Shown here one piece after another: positions 19,791 to 29,967 of a stretch of 64,000 nucleotides of DNA; position 1 is the stretch's first letter, and each line of letters opens with the position of its first letter. Under the pieces are notes generated by a model. It ran no database searches. It saw only the letters and a list, made by a program, of their open reading frames with translations, and had not been told where the DNA came from. The position numbers were made by a program, and so were the translations under genes. Source of the DNA: Candidatus Marinacidobacterium sp. (lineage in GTDB: Bacteria; Acidobacteriota; Vicinamibacteria; Marinacidobacterales; Marinacidobacteraceae); contig OZ244852.1 in the NCBI GenBank assembly GCA_965220965.1, positions 1,312,001-1,376,000 of the forward strand, read 5' to 3'.

Positions 19791-20161
19791 TCCCGTACGC
19801 CCTCGCCGCCGCCCTCTTCACCATCGGGCTCGGCGGGATGGTCCTGCTGCCGAACCTGATCCGCAAGCTGCTGGCGATGAACGTGATGCAGGTCGCGGTC
19901 ATCGTGTTCTTCGTGGCGCTCTCCTACAAGGACGGCGCCCGGGTCCCGATCCTCGGAGCCGGCGAGACCGGAGCGGTCGCCGAGGCGTTCATGAACCCGC
20001 TGCCGCACACCCTGATGCTCACCGCGATCGTGGTGTCGGTGGCGACCACCGGGCTGGCGCTGGGGCTGCTGATCCGCATCTGGCGGCGGTTCGGGACCCT
20101 GAACGAAGACCGCCTGGTGGCCGAACTCCGACGCGGGGCCGCCGCGAACCCGGATGGCTGA
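19787..20161 (+). CDS. mrpC: Mrp antiporter subunit C
   Basis: NLIRKLLAM, NPLPHTLMLTAIVV, GTLNED. TTGA overlap start. Confidence 0.92.
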   Translation: MIPYALAAALFTIGLGGMVLLPNLIRKLLAMNVMQVAVIVFFVALSYKDGARVPILGAGETGAVAEAFMNPLPHTLMLTAIVVSVATTGLALGLLIRIWRRFGTLNEDRLVAELRRGAAANPDG

Positions 20162-21677
20162 GACGCTCGCCGGGCTGCTCGTCGCGCTGCCGCTCGCCGG
20201 CGCGGCGCTGCTGCCGCTCCTCGCGGCGCTCACCGGCCGCAGCACCCGGTGGCTGGCGTTCATCCTCCACCTCGGCTTCGCGGCGGTGGCGCTGGCGGTC
20301 TTCGCCGCCTCCGCCGGAGGGGAGGCCGTGATCCACCGGATGGGCGGATGGCCGGGGCCCTGGGGCATCGAGCTGCGGCTCGACGGGCTGAGCAGCCTGA
20401 TCGCGCTGCTGGTGGCGGCGATGTCCTGTTTCGTCGCCGCGGCCCCCGCCCCGGTGGACGGGGGGAGCGCCGGCCACCCGGATCGGCGCGTCGGCCCGGT
20501 GCGCGAAGGCCTGCTGCGGGGAGCGCTGTCGCTGCTGGTCGCCGGCCTCATCGGGATCGTCGCGACCCGCGACGTCTTCAATCTGTTCGTCTTCCTCGAG
20601 ATTTCCTCGCTCGCGGGCTACACGCTCATCGCCTCGGGCGGCGGCCGGGCCACGGTGGCCGCCTTCCGCTACCTGATCGCGGGAACCGCGGCGGGCTCGC
20701 TCTACCTGTTCGGCGTGGGGTTCCTCTACGCCCTGACCGGGACGCTGAACATGGACGACCTCGCCGCCCGCCTGCCCACCGTCGAGGCGGACGCGGCGCT
20801 CACGGTCGCGGTGGCGCTCATCGCCGCCGGGCTGGCGATCAAGGCGGCGCTCTTTCCGCTCCACGGATGGCTGCCGGACGCCTATGTCTTCAGCCCGGCC
20901 CCCGCCGCCGGCTTCATCGCCGCGGTCATGGCCAAGGTCAGCGCCTACGCGCTCCTGCGGCTCCTCGGCGAGACGCTCGCCGGGATCCCGGCGGGCGCAG
21001 CGGCGCTCGAGGCGATGCTGTGGCTCGGGGCGCTCGGCGTGATCGCCGGAGGCGCGATCGCGGTGGCCCAGCGGGATGCGCCCCGGATGCTCGCCTGGTC
21101 GAGCGTCTCGGCGATGGGGACGATCCTGCTGGCGGTCGGGATGAACTCGACGCTCGCGCTCACCGGCGCGCTCTTCCACGTGGCGGCCCACGCGCTGGCG
21201 AAGGGCTGCCTGTTCCTCGGCGCGGGCGGCATCGCCGAGGCGCGCGGGACCGGAGACCGACGGGCGTGGGTCGGGCTCGGCGCGCGGGCGCCGTGGACCG
21301 CGATCGCGCTCACGGTCGCGGCGTTCTCGATGATCGGCATTCCTCCGACCGCCGGGTTCGCCTCGAAGTACCTCCTGCTCTCGGCCTCGCTCGCCGAGGG
21401 CGGCGCGCGCGGCGGCGTGGCGTTCGCGGCGCTGGTTCTTTCGAGCCTGCTGGCGGCGATCTACTTCCTCCGGGTTCTGGAGGCGGCGTGGTTCCGCAAG
21501 GAGGCCTCCCGGGAGGGATCGGAACGCCCTGCGCCCCTGCCCCGCTCGCTCAGCGCGCCGATCGTTTCGCTGGCGGCGGTCGTGCTGCTGGTCGGCGTCT
21601 TCGCCTCTCCCTTCCGTGAGCGGATCCTGACCGGCGCGGTCGCCGCCGTCCCCACAGTCGAAGAGGTCGCGCGATGA
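20154..21677 (+). CDS. mrpD: Mrp antiporter subunit D family (copy 1)
   Basis: GGWPGPWGIE, DVFNLFVFLEI, GTLNM, KAALFPLHGWLP, PPTAGFASK. Confidence 0.9.
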   Translation: MAETLAGLLVALPLAGAALLPLLAALTGRSTRWLAFILHLGFAAVALAVFAASAGGEAVIHRMGGWPGPWGIELRLDGLSSLIALLVAAMSCFVAAAPAPVDGGSAGHPDRRVGPVREGLLRGALSLLVAGLIGIVATRDVFNLFVFLEISSLAGYTLIASGGGRATVAAFRYLIAGTAAGSLYLFGVGFLYALTGTLNMDDLAARLPTVEADAALTVAVALIAAGLAIKAALFPLHGWLPDAYVFSPAPAAGFIAAVMAKVSAYALLRLLGETLAGIPAGAAALEAMLWLGALGVIAGGAIAVAQRDAPRMLAWSSVSAMGTILLAVGMNSTLALTGALFHVAAHALAKGCLFLGAGGIAEARGTGDRRAWVGLGARAPWTAIALTVAAFSMIGIPPTAGFASKYLLLSASLAEGGARGGVAFAALVLSSLLAAIYFLRVLEAAWFRKEASREGSERPAPLPRSLSAPIVSLAAVVLLVGVFASPFRERILTGAVAAVPTVEEVAR

Positions 21678-23206
21678 ACGAGATCCCGATCCGGGAGATC
21701 GTGTCGCTGCGGCCGTTTCTCGCCGTCGGGCTGGGATTCGTCGCCGCGGCGCTGATCCTCCTGTCGTCGCGTCGCCCGCGCCTGCGCGAGGGCTGGACCT
21801 TCGCCGCCGGCCTCGGGCAGTTGCTGGTCGCGATCACCCTGATCCCGAACGCGCTGACCGGACAGGAGCTGGTGACGCCGGAACTGCCGCTCCTGCCGGG
21901 GGCGGGCCTTCAGTTCCGCGCCGACGCACTGGGCGTCCTCTTCCTGACGCTGTCCTCGCTGCTGTGGGTCGTGACCTCGCTGTTTTCGGTCTCCTACCTG
22001 CGCGAGCTCAAGATGCGCCACCGGACCGGGTACTTCGCCGCGTTCGCGGCGTCGGTCGCCTCCGCCGCCGGCATCGCGCTGGCGGCCAACCCGCTCACCT
22101 TCCTGATCTGCTTCGAGGCGCTGACGCTCGCGACCTGGCCGCTCGTCGTCCACAAGCGCACCGAGAAGGTCTTCGGCGCGGGACACACCTACCTCGCCTA
22201 CACCCTGTTCGCCGGCCAGTTGCTGTTCGCGGCGGTCGTCTGGGCGGCCTGGCTCGCGCCGGGCGTCGGATTCAGCCCGGGCGGGTTCCTCGCCGGGACG
22301 GCGGGCGACGGGGCGCTGCGACTCCTGTTCGCCATCTTCCTGGTCGGCGTGGGGGTCAAGGCGGCGGTCCTTCCGCTCCACGCCTGGCTCCCCGCCGCGA
22401 TGGTGGCGCCGAGCCCGGTGAGCGCGCTGCTCCACGCGGTGGCGGTGGTCAAGGCGGGGGCCTTCGGAGTGCTCCGGCTGACCGGTTGGGTCTTCGGACC
22501 CGAGCTGATGGCGGAGCTGCGTCTGGACATTCCCCTCGCGATGCTGGCGGGGGCCACGATCCTGTTCGCCTCGCTCCGGGCTCTCGGGGAAGACCACCTG
22601 AAGCGGCGGCTCGCCTACTCCACCGTCAGCCAGCTCAGCTACATCGTGCTCGGGGCCGCCCTCGGGACCACGCTCTCGATCGCGGGGGCGGCCTTCCACA
22701 TCGTGGCGCACGGCTTCACCAAGATCTCGCTGTTCCTGAGCGCCGGGGTGATCCAGGTCGCCACCGGCAAGGAGCGGATCTCCGAGCTGCGGGGGCTGGG
22801 CCGGCGCCTGCCCATCGTGTTCGTGTGCTTCGGGCTCGGCGGCCTGGGCATGGCCGGCGTCCCGCTGATGGCGGGGTTCGTGAGCAAATGGAACCTGGCG
22901 CTCGGGGGCCTGGCGGCCCGCGAGGTGTGGGTTCCGGTCCTGCTGGTGGCGAGCGGCGTCCTGAACCTCGCCTACTACCTCCCCATCGTGCGAACCGCGG
23001 TCTTCGAACCGGGGGATCCCGGGCCGGTTGCGCGGCCGCCCAACCTGCTCCTGCAGCCCCCGCTCTTCGCGATCCTGTTCGCCATCGCGCTGGGGGTGTG
23101 GCCCAACGCCGGGCTCATGTTCTGGAACCTCGCCAGGATGTCCGCGATGGCCGTCGCTCCCGGCGCCGCCGCGTTCGCAGAGGCGCTTCCGGTGGCTGGA
23201 CCGTGA
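21674..23206 (+). CDS. mrpD: Mrp antiporter subunit D family (copy 2)
   Basis: KAAVLPLHAWLPAAMVAPSPVSALLHAVAVVKAG, LKRRLAYSTVSQLSY. Confidence 0.88.
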   Translation: MNEIPIREIVSLRPFLAVGLGFVAAALILLSSRRPRLREGWTFAAGLGQLLVAITLIPNALTGQELVTPELPLLPGAGLQFRADALGVLFLTLSSLLWVVTSLFSVSYLRELKMRHRTGYFAAFAASVASAAGIALAANPLTFLICFEALTLATWPLVVHKRTEKVFGAGHTYLAYTLFAGQLLFAAVVWAAWLAPGVGFSPGGFLAGTAGDGALRLLFAIFLVGVGVKAAVLPLHAWLPAAMVAPSPVSALLHAVAVVKAGAFGVLRLTGWVFGPELMAELRLDIPLAMLAGATILFASLRALGEDHLKRRLAYSTVSQLSYIVLGAALGTTLSIAGAAFHIVAHGFTKISLFLSAGVIQVATGKERISELRGLGRRLPIVFVCFGLGGLGMAGVPLMAGFVSKWNLALGGLAAREVWVPVLLVASGVLNLAYYLPIVRTAVFEPGDPGPVARPPNLLLQPPLFAILFAIALGVWPNAGLMFWNLARMSAMAVAPGAAAFAEALPVAGP

Positions 23207-23436
23207 AGCGGATCGCGCTCCTGCTGGGGGTCTTCGGCGCGATCGCCGTCGGCTTCGAGGTCGCCGGACTCCTCGCCGCCAAGGCGCACTACGGCGGGTT
23301 CTGGAACTCGGTCCCGCTCTGGGATCTGGCCTTCGGGATCGTGGGCGGCGGGCTGCTCGCGTTCGTGGCGAGGGGGGTCCTGAAGCCCCGACTGGCGCGC
23401 GCCGAAGACCACTACGACGAGGGGGCCGGAGGATGA
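23203..23436 (+). CDS. Small membrane protein within the mrp operon
   Basis: VKRIALLL...FWNSVP...RAEDHYDE, 2 TM. Translationally coupled on both sides (GTGA and ATGA overlaps). Confidence 0.75.
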   Translation: MKRIALLLGVFGAIAVGFEVAGLLAAKAHYGGFWNSVPLWDLAFGIVGGGLLAFVARGVLKPRLARAEDHYDEGAGG

Positions 23437-25175
23437 ACGGGGCCGCCTGGCTCACGACCGGGCTGAGCGCGCACCCGTCGTTCTGGCTCCTGCTCGGCGC
23501 GATCGCGGCCTTTTTCGGTTCGGGGAGCAACCTGGCGACCCGCCGGTTCGCCCCGATCGCCGGCATCGCGTTCGCGATCCCGGCGGTGCTGGCGGCCTCG
23601 CGCGCCGCTCCCGGAACCCGGGCGCTCGAGGTCAGCGGCTTCGAACTCGTCTGGTTCCGCGCCGACGATCTGAGCCTGCTGTTCGCCCTCATCTTCGCGA
23701 TCGTCACCCTGCTGGGCCTGCTCTACGGCTCCCACCGGATGGGCCCGGGCGAGACGATCGCGGCGCTGCTCTATGCGGCGTCGGCCATCGCCACCGTGCT
23801 CGCCGGTGACTGGATCACGTTCTTCGTCTTCTGGGAGGCGATGGCCATCACCTCGACGGCGCTCATCTGGCAGGGCGGAACCGGGAAGTCGCGCCGCGCC
23901 GGGATGCGCTACCTGGTCGTCCACGCCTGCGGCGGGGCGCTCCTGTTCCTCGGCATCGTGCTCCACGCCGCCGGGCCCGGCGGGACGTTCGACCTCGGGG
24001 CCCTGACCGCCGTCGGCCCTCCGTTCTGGCTCATCCTCTTCGGCGTCGGCCTGAACGCGGCGATCCCGCCGCTGCACGCCTGGCTCACCGACGCCTATCC
24101 CGAGGCCTCCACTTCGGGCGCGGTGTTCTGCTCGGCGCTGACCACCAAGACCGCGGTCTACGCCCTGTTGCGGATCTTCCCGGGAGCGGAGGTCCTCGTT
24201 CCGCTGGGAGTCGCGATGGCGCTCTACGGGGTCGTCTTCGCCGTGATCGAGAACGACTTCCGGCGTCTCCTCGGCTACCACATCGTGAGCCAGGTGGGCT
24301 TCATGGTCGCCGGCGTGGGCATCGGGAGCGAGCTGGCGCTGAACGGGGCGGCGGCGCACGCCTACTCCCACATCCTCTACAAGGCGCTGCTCTTCATGGG
24401 CGCGGGCGCGCTCATCGAGGCGACCGGCCGGCGGCGGCTGACCGACCTCGGAGGCGTGTTCCGCCACCTCCGGTTCGCCGCCTGCATGTACATCGTGGGC
24501 GCGCTCTCCATCTCGGGGGCGCCGCTGTTCAACGGGTTCATCAGCAAGTCGATGACGATCAGCGCCGCCGGCTACGGCCAGTTCGCGACCACCGAGCTGC
24601 TCCTGAGCCTCGCCGCCGTCGGAACCTTTCTCTCGGTCGGGCTGAAGCTCTCCTGGTTCGCCTTCTTCGGCCCCGACCGCGGGGTCGCGGTCCGACCGCT
24701 GCCGGTGAACCTGCTCGCCGCGATGGGGATCACCGGAGGGCTGTGCGTTCTCTACGGACTCCGGCCTGAGCTGCTCTACCGGATGCTGCCGTTCGACGCC
24801 ACCTACCAGCCGTGGACCGCGGACCACGTGGCGTCGAGCCTCCAGCTTCTGGTCGGGACCGCGGTGCTGTTCGCGCTCGTCTCCCGGCGGCTGAGGCCCA
24901 CCCCCACGATGAACCTGGACACCGACTGGATCTACCGGGGTCCTCTCGGCCGGATCGGCGCTCCGGTCGTCGCCGGGCTCGCCCACGTCCAGCCGCTGGC
25001 GCGGTCGATGCGCACCCGGGTCGTCACCTCCGCGAGCGCCGTGCTGACGCGCGCCGCCGCTCCCGGCGCAAGCCCGGCGGCCGACGATCCGTTCGCGTTC
25101 CGGGGTTCCGTCGGCTGGACGGTCTTCTTCGCTGCGGCGGGGGCCGCGGCGCTGTTCTTCTACGCGCGCGGTTGA
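23433..25175 (+). CDS. Na+/H+ antiporter subunit D/A-like (copy 3)
   Basis: GDWITFFVFWE, PPLHAWLTDAYPEA, TTKTAVY, RRLLGYHIVSQVG, PLFNGFISK. Confidence 0.88.
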   Translation: MNGAAWLTTGLSAHPSFWLLLGAIAAFFGSGSNLATRRFAPIAGIAFAIPAVLAASRAAPGTRALEVSGFELVWFRADDLSLLFALIFAIVTLLGLLYGSHRMGPGETIAALLYAASAIATVLAGDWITFFVFWEAMAITSTALIWQGGTGKSRRAGMRYLVVHACGGALLFLGIVLHAAGPGGTFDLGALTAVGPPFWLILFGVGLNAAIPPLHAWLTDAYPEASTSGAVFCSALTTKTAVYALLRIFPGAEVLVPLGVAMALYGVVFAVIENDFRRLLGYHIVSQVGFMVAGVGIGSELALNGAAAHAYSHILYKALLFMGAGALIEATGRRRLTDLGGVFRHLRFAACMYIVGALSISGAPLFNGFISKSMTISAAGYGQFATTELLLSLAAVGTFLSVGLKLSWFAFFGPDRGVAVRPLPVNLLAAMGITGGLCVLYGLRPELLYRMLPFDATYQPWTADHVASSLQLLVGTAVLFALVSRRLRPTPTMNLDTDWIYRGPLGRIGAPVVAGLAHVQPLARSMRTRVVTSASAVLTRAAAPGASPAADDPFAFRGSVGWTVFFAAAGAAALFFYARG

Positions 25176-25223
25176 TCATTCAGCCGGGCTGCTCCATCCG
25201 GTACCATCGGTCGCGGAACTCTC

Positions 25224-25661
25224 ATGCGCCCCGCGCGTTGGCTGTGGGCAGGCCTCATCAGCGTCGCCGTCGTCCTGTTCATCGTGCGGCCCTGGGCCGA
25301 AACCGACGCTGCATTGGAGATGCCGGCGCATCCGGTCTCGGAGGCGGAAGCCCTCTACGAGAAGGCCATTGGCGATCTCGAAGCGGCGCTCGAGTCGGAG
25401 GGCGGCTCCCAGGGTTTCGGGGACGCTCTCGCCAGCGAGCGTCAGGCGCTCGACGACGCCATCGCCGAGAGCCGCCGCCGGACGGCCGCCGATCCCTCGG
25501 ACCAGGAGGCCCAGGAGACGCTGCTGGAGGGCCTGCGGCGTAAGCTGGACCTCTTCCACAACACCCTGATGCTCCTTCGGGACATGGAGCGCGGGGACGG
25601 CGCGACCGCGCAGGACCGGATCGATGCGCTATCCGGTCGCGAACCGCCCGACACCAAGTGA
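25224..25661 (+). CDS. Hypothetical single-TM helical protein resembling the periplasmic half of an anti-sigma factor
   Basis: N-terminal TM followed by helical YEKAIGDLE...LDDAIAESRR...DPSD...LRRKLDL. Coupled to a DUF4097 gene. Family resemblance is from memory. Confidence 0.6.
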   Translation: MRPARWLWAGLISVAVVLFIVRPWAETDAALEMPAHPVSEAEALYEKAIGDLEAALESEGGSQGFGDALASERQALDDAIAESRRRTAADPSDQEAQETLLEGLRRKLDLFHNTLMLLRDMERGDGATAQDRIDALSGREPPDTK

Positions 25662-26665
25662 GCGGCGGAAGTGAGATCTTCATGACGGACACCACGCATC
25701 GCGCCACCCTTGGCGCTCCGCGCAGCTCGACGGGCGGCGGGACGACGGCCGCCGTCGCCGCCGCGTTCGCGCTGCTCGCAGTGGGCCAGGCGGCGGCGCT
25801 CCAGACGGATGTCCAGCGCGTGGAGCACGCACTCGAGGTGGGGGCGTCGACGCGAGTCACCGTCCTCAACTTCGCCGGACAGGTCGAAGTTCACGGCACG
25901 GATCCCGGCGAGGACAGCACGCTGCGGATCGTCGGGGTCAAGCGTCTCACCGCCGACCTGCCGCCGGACGAGGCGGCCCGCTGGTTCGCCCGCATCGACC
26001 TCGAGCCCGAGCGGCGGGGACGGAACGTGCACATCGGGCCCCGGGCGCTGCGGGCGAGGAGCCCGGCGCAGATCCGTGACTCAGAGCCCTCCCGGGACGC
26101 TCCGGTCACCGACATCAGGGCGCCGCGCCGCATCCCGCCGGTCTCGGTCGACATCGAGTTGTGGCTTCCTTTCGGATCCTCGCTCGAGGTCCGCACGTTC
26201 TCGGCGCCGATCACCGTCGTGGGCGTGGGCGCCCCGGACGGCTCCTTCCGGCTGCGCAGCGTGAGCGGTTCGGTGCGGATCGAGGGGGTCGAGGCGGACG
26301 ACCTCCGCGTGGATACGGTGAGCGGGGCGCTGCGCCTCCTCGACGCGGTGGCCCACCGCGGCCACTTCCAGACGCTCGCCGCTCCCATCCGGGCCCGGGG
26401 AGCCCTCCACCCGGAGGGCTGGTACGACTTCCAGAGCCACTCGGGCGAGGTCCGTCTGGAACTGGACCCGATTCCGGGATTCGTCGTGGACGCCCGCACC
26501 TATGGAGGCGAGATCCGGAACGAACTCGGGATCGAAGCGGAATCCGGGTCGGGCAGCCTCGAGGTCCGCACCGGAGCCTCGGGGCCGCACCTGAGCGTGA
26601 ACACGTTCGACGGGCTGATCCACCTCATCAGCGCCGACTCGCCCGCGACAACGCCGGACCGGTAA
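25658..26665 (+). CDS. DUF4097 family beta-strand repeat (adhesin-like) protein
   Basis: Signal-like segment and repeated S(V/H)SG-x-V/I motifs (RSVSGSVRI, DTVSGALRL, QSHSGEVRL, TYGGEI, TFDGLI). Confidence 0.75.
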   Translation: MSGGSEIFMTDTTHRATLGAPRSSTGGGTTAAVAAAFALLAVGQAAALQTDVQRVEHALEVGASTRVTVLNFAGQVEVHGTDPGEDSTLRIVGVKRLTADLPPDEAARWFARIDLEPERRGRNVHIGPRALRARSPAQIRDSEPSRDAPVTDIRAPRRIPPVSVDIELWLPFGSSLEVRTFSAPITVVGVGAPDGSFRLRSVSGSVRIEGVEADDLRVDTVSGALRLLDAVAHRGHFQTLAAPIRARGALHPEGWYDFQSHSGEVRLELDPIPGFVVDARTYGGEIRNELGIEAESGSGSLEVRTGASGPHLSVNTFDGLIHLISADSPATTPDR

Positions 26666-26784
26666 ATCCGCCACCCCGCGACGGCGGTCTCGGTCCAGCC
26701 GGCACGTCGGAACTCACGGTAGGATTTCCGGCTTCCAACCGTTTCGGGGCCCGTCCGACCCCTTCCCGTCCCTCTGGAGAGACC

Positions 26785-27060
26785 ATGGCTCACAGCAAGC
26801 AGGCGAAGAAGCGGGTCCGCCAGAATCAGGATCACCGCCTCCGCAACCGTCACCACCGCAGCCGGCTCCGCACCGAGATCAAGGCGCTCCGCGCCGCCGT
26901 GGCCGGAGGCGACCGGGAAGCGGCCGAGGCTCGCCTCCCGCAGACCCAGGCGATGCTCGACCGGATGGCGGGCCGGGGCGTCCTCCACCGCAACGCGGCG
27001 GCCCGGACCAAGTCCCGGCTCGCCCACCTCATCACCCGGACCTTCGCGTCGGAATCCTGA
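26785..27060 (+). CDS. rpsT: 30S ribosomal protein S20
   Basis: MAHSKQAKKRVRQN...RSRLRTEIK...GVLHRNAAARTKSRL, with GGAGA RBS. Confidence 0.97.
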   Translation: MAHSKQAKKRVRQNQDHRLRNRHHRSRLRTEIKALRAAVAGGDREAAEARLPQTQAMLDRMAGRGVLHRNAAARTKSRLAHLITRTFASES

Positions 27061-27071
27061 GAGGCGAGCCG

Positions 27072-28880
27072 GTGCTCCGCAGCACGCGGAGCCGCATCCC
27101 GCGCTCCTTCCTCATCGTCTGGCTCGTCGCCGGAGCGGCGGGCGGCTGCGCGCCAGCATCGCCAGACGGTGACGCGCTCCCCAAGCTGGAATTCCTGGAG
27201 AGCGCCGACCAGGTCGGACCGGTCGCCTACCGGGACCCGGTCGGGGCGGTGTCTCCCGATGGGCGCTGGCTGGCCACGCTCCAGCAGGGCCGCATCCGCA
27301 TAGGTCCAGCCGAAGGGGGCGCGGTTCGGGAGATCGGCCCGGGAACCGCCCAGATCCGCTATCTCACCTGGTTCCCTGACAGCCGCCGCGTCCTGGTTCG
27401 GGAGCGGGTCTTCGACCGCAGCCGGAACGAATGGTGGGTCTACGACCGCGCCGATGGCGGCCGCGCGCCGCTCTGGCCTGACCGGAGCAGCGTCGAACCC
27501 GCGACCGAAGCCCTCGACACCCTCGTCTGGTCCCGGGACGGCCGCCAGATCGCCGGTGTCACCCGCGACGGGGATGGCTCGACCGTGTGGGTGCTCGACG
27601 CCGAAGGGGGCGCCGCCGAGCGCCGCGCCTCCGGCGGACGCCTCTCGTTTCCCGGGTGGTCACCCGACGGGCGCCTCGGCTGTCTGTCCTATGCGGATGG
27701 ACAGCAGCGCCTCCACTTCCCCTGCGGGGCGCCGGAGCCGCTGTTCGCCGATCAGGAAGTCTGGGGGCCGTTCGCGTTCTCTCCGGACGGCGAGCGGGTG
27801 ATCTACGGCTCGCCGTCCGTCGCCGGGGAGGACGCTGGCTTCCTGGATCTCCATTCGCGCCCGGTCGGGGGCGGGCCGGCGCGCCGGCTCACCGCATTCG
27901 CCCGCGACGCCTACGCCCCGTCGGTCGCCGCCGACGGCGCCATCGTCTTCCGGAGCCAGGACTATCGCGTCCTCGTCGCCACCGCCCCCGCCGACGGCGG
28001 CCCCTCGATGCCGCTGACCGCGTTCCAGTCGGAGACCCCGACCTGGAGCCCGGATGGCAGCGAAATCGCCTTCACCTTCGGAAGCTGGCGGCACGTCACC
28101 GATGACTTCCACTATCCGGACATCGCCCAGCATCTGGGCGTCGTCCGCTCCACGGCCGACGGCGCCGGGCCCCACCCCGCGCCGGAGCGGATCGTCCGCC
28201 AGTCGTACTCCGAGGATCAGGGCATGCACTGGTCGCCCAACGGCCGGTGGATCGTCTTCCACACCCATGAGGACGGGGACGACATCTGGCTCCAGCCGGC
28301 CGAGGGGGGCGAGGCCCGCCAGATCAGCTTCGACGGCCACGAGACCGGGTGGGCGCGGTGGTCTCCCGACGGCCGCTTCGTCGTCTTTCCCAGCTATCTC
28401 CGGGACCAGCAGGGCGCCCGGACCGGCCGGCTGTTCACGATCGGCATCGACCAGGACACCGGGGAGATCACGCGGCCACAGCAGCCGGTTCCCCTCGATG
28501 GCTTCGACCTCGACGTCATCCAGGCGGAGTGGACCGATGGGGGCGACACGATCGTGTTCGAGGCGGCCGAGGCGGTCGGCCGGAAGAGCCTGTGGACGGT
28601 TCCCCGCGCCGGCGGAGCGCCGGTCCGCTTCCACGACTACGGTTCGGACCAGATCCACTCGGGCATCGGGGTCTCGCCGGACGGCCGCGACGTTCTCTAC
28701 ATCGACCGGGGCGCCGAGGGGTTCTTCCAGGTGTTCCGGGTGTCGGTCGGGGGCGGCGAGCCGGTCCAGCTCACGCGCGACCCGACCCACAAGACCCAGC
28801 CGGCGTGGTCCCCGCTGGGCGACCGGATCGCGTTCACCGTGTTCCACTACCGCTCGCACTTCTGGCGGATCCGTCCGTAG
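27072..28880 (+). CDS. TolB-like PD40 beta-propeller repeat lipoprotein
   Basis: Many (W/F)SPDG repeats over about 600 aa, lipobox-like AAGGC, no catalytic domain recognised. Confidence 0.8.
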   Translation: MLRSTRSRIPRSFLIVWLVAGAAGGCAPASPDGDALPKLEFLESADQVGPVAYRDPVGAVSPDGRWLATLQQGRIRIGPAEGGAVREIGPGTAQIRYLTWFPDSRRVLVRERVFDRSRNEWWVYDRADGGRAPLWPDRSSVEPATEALDTLVWSRDGRQIAGVTRDGDGSTVWVLDAEGGAAERRASGGRLSFPGWSPDGRLGCLSYADGQQRLHFPCGAPEPLFADQEVWGPFAFSPDGERVIYGSPSVAGEDAGFLDLHSRPVGGGPARRLTAFARDAYAPSVAADGAIVFRSQDYRVLVATAPADGGPSMPLTAFQSETPTWSPDGSEIAFTFGSWRHVTDDFHYPDIAQHLGVVRSTADGAGPHPAPERIVRQSYSEDQGMHWSPNGRWIVFHTHEDGDDIWLQPAEGGEARQISFDGHETGWARWSPDGRFVVFPSYLRDQQGARTGRLFTIGIDQDTGEITRPQQPVPLDGFDLDVIQAEWTDGGDTIVFEAAEAVGRKSLWTVPRAGGAPVRFHDYGSDQIHSGIGVSPDGRDVLYIDRGAEGFFQVFRVSVGGGEPVQLTRDPTHKTQPAWSPLGDRIAFTVFHYRSHFWRIRP

Positions 28881-28980
28881 CCGCCGGGGAGCCGGCGCCG
28901 CCCGGACACGCGGGCGGCGCTTTCCGGCTACGGGCGCCGGGGTCCGGGACCCGCCGCGCGCCCCTCCATAGAATCGGCGC

Positions 28981-29967
28981 ATGGTCCGACACCACTTCGC
29001 CGTTCTCCTCCTCGCGAGTGCTCTCCCCCTCCTGGCGGATCCAGCGGAAGCGCAGCGCACGCACACTTTCGTCCCCGAACGCGGCTGGTCCACGTTCGCG
29101 GCCCGCGAACCCGTACTCCGGATCGCGCCCGGAGACACGCTCATCAGCGAGACCATGGGCGGGGCCTTCCTCCCCGAGTCCGAGCGCCACCTGGCCGGCG
29201 AAGTGGGCCCGATCTACATCGAGGGCGCGGAGCGGGGGGACACCCTGGTGATCCGGGTGGACCGGCTCGAGCTGAACCAGGACCGCGCCTTCTCGGGGAC
29301 GTCGCAGGGGTTCGCCGCCCTCACGATGACCCCCCAGACCCCGATGCTCCACGACCCGGTTCCCGACCGCCGGTTCGAGTGGCGGCTCGACCTCGAGAAC
29401 CAGACCGGGACTCTCGACCTCCCCAGAAGCGGCATGGACCCGATCACCGTGGATCTCGAGCCGATGATCGGCCGGATGGCGGTCGCCCCGGACCGGGGAG
29501 AGGTCATCTGGGTCGCTTCCCCCGGGAATTTCGGGGGGAACATGGACACTCCGGAGATCCGGGAGGGCGTCACCGTCTACCTCCCGGTGTTCGAACCGGG
29601 GGCCCACTTCTACTTCGGCGACATCCACGCGCTCCAGGGCGAGGGCGAGATCACCGGGACCGGTCTCGAGACGACCGCCGAGGTCACTTTCACCTTCGAC
29701 CTGATGAAGGGCTACGAGATCGCCTGGCCGCGGATCGAGAACGACGACTACATCATGGTCGCCGGGTCCGTCCGCCCGCTGATGGACGCCTACCGGATCG
29801 CCCACACCGAAATGGTCCTGTGGCTCGAGCGGGACTACGGCTTCGAGCGCTGGGAGGCGCACCAGCTTCTCTCCCAGCTCGGCAAGGCGCGCATCGGCAA
29901 CGTGGTGGACCCCCACTACACCGTCGTCTCGCTGTTCCCGAAGAGACACCTCCCTCCCCGGCGCTGA
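28981..29967 (+). CDS. Acetamidase/formamidase family protein, with signal peptide
   Basis: PVLRIAPGD, GPIYIEGAERGDTL, FGGNMD, GDIHALQGEGEI. Signal peptide ending AEA. Confidence 0.9.
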   Translation: MVRHHFAVLLLASALPLLADPAEAQRTHTFVPERGWSTFAAREPVLRIAPGDTLISETMGGAFLPESERHLAGEVGPIYIEGAERGDTLVIRVDRLELNQDRAFSGTSQGFAALTMTPQTPMLHDPVPDRRFEWRLDLENQTGTLDLPRSGMDPITVDLEPMIGRMAVAPDRGEVIWVASPGNFGGNMDTPEIREGVTVYLPVFEPGAHFYFGDIHALQGEGEITGTGLETTAEVTFTFDLMKGYEIAWPRIENDDYIMVAGSVRPLMDAYRIAHTEMVLWLERDYGFERWEAHQLLSQLGKARIGNVVDPHYTVVSLFPKRHLPPRR

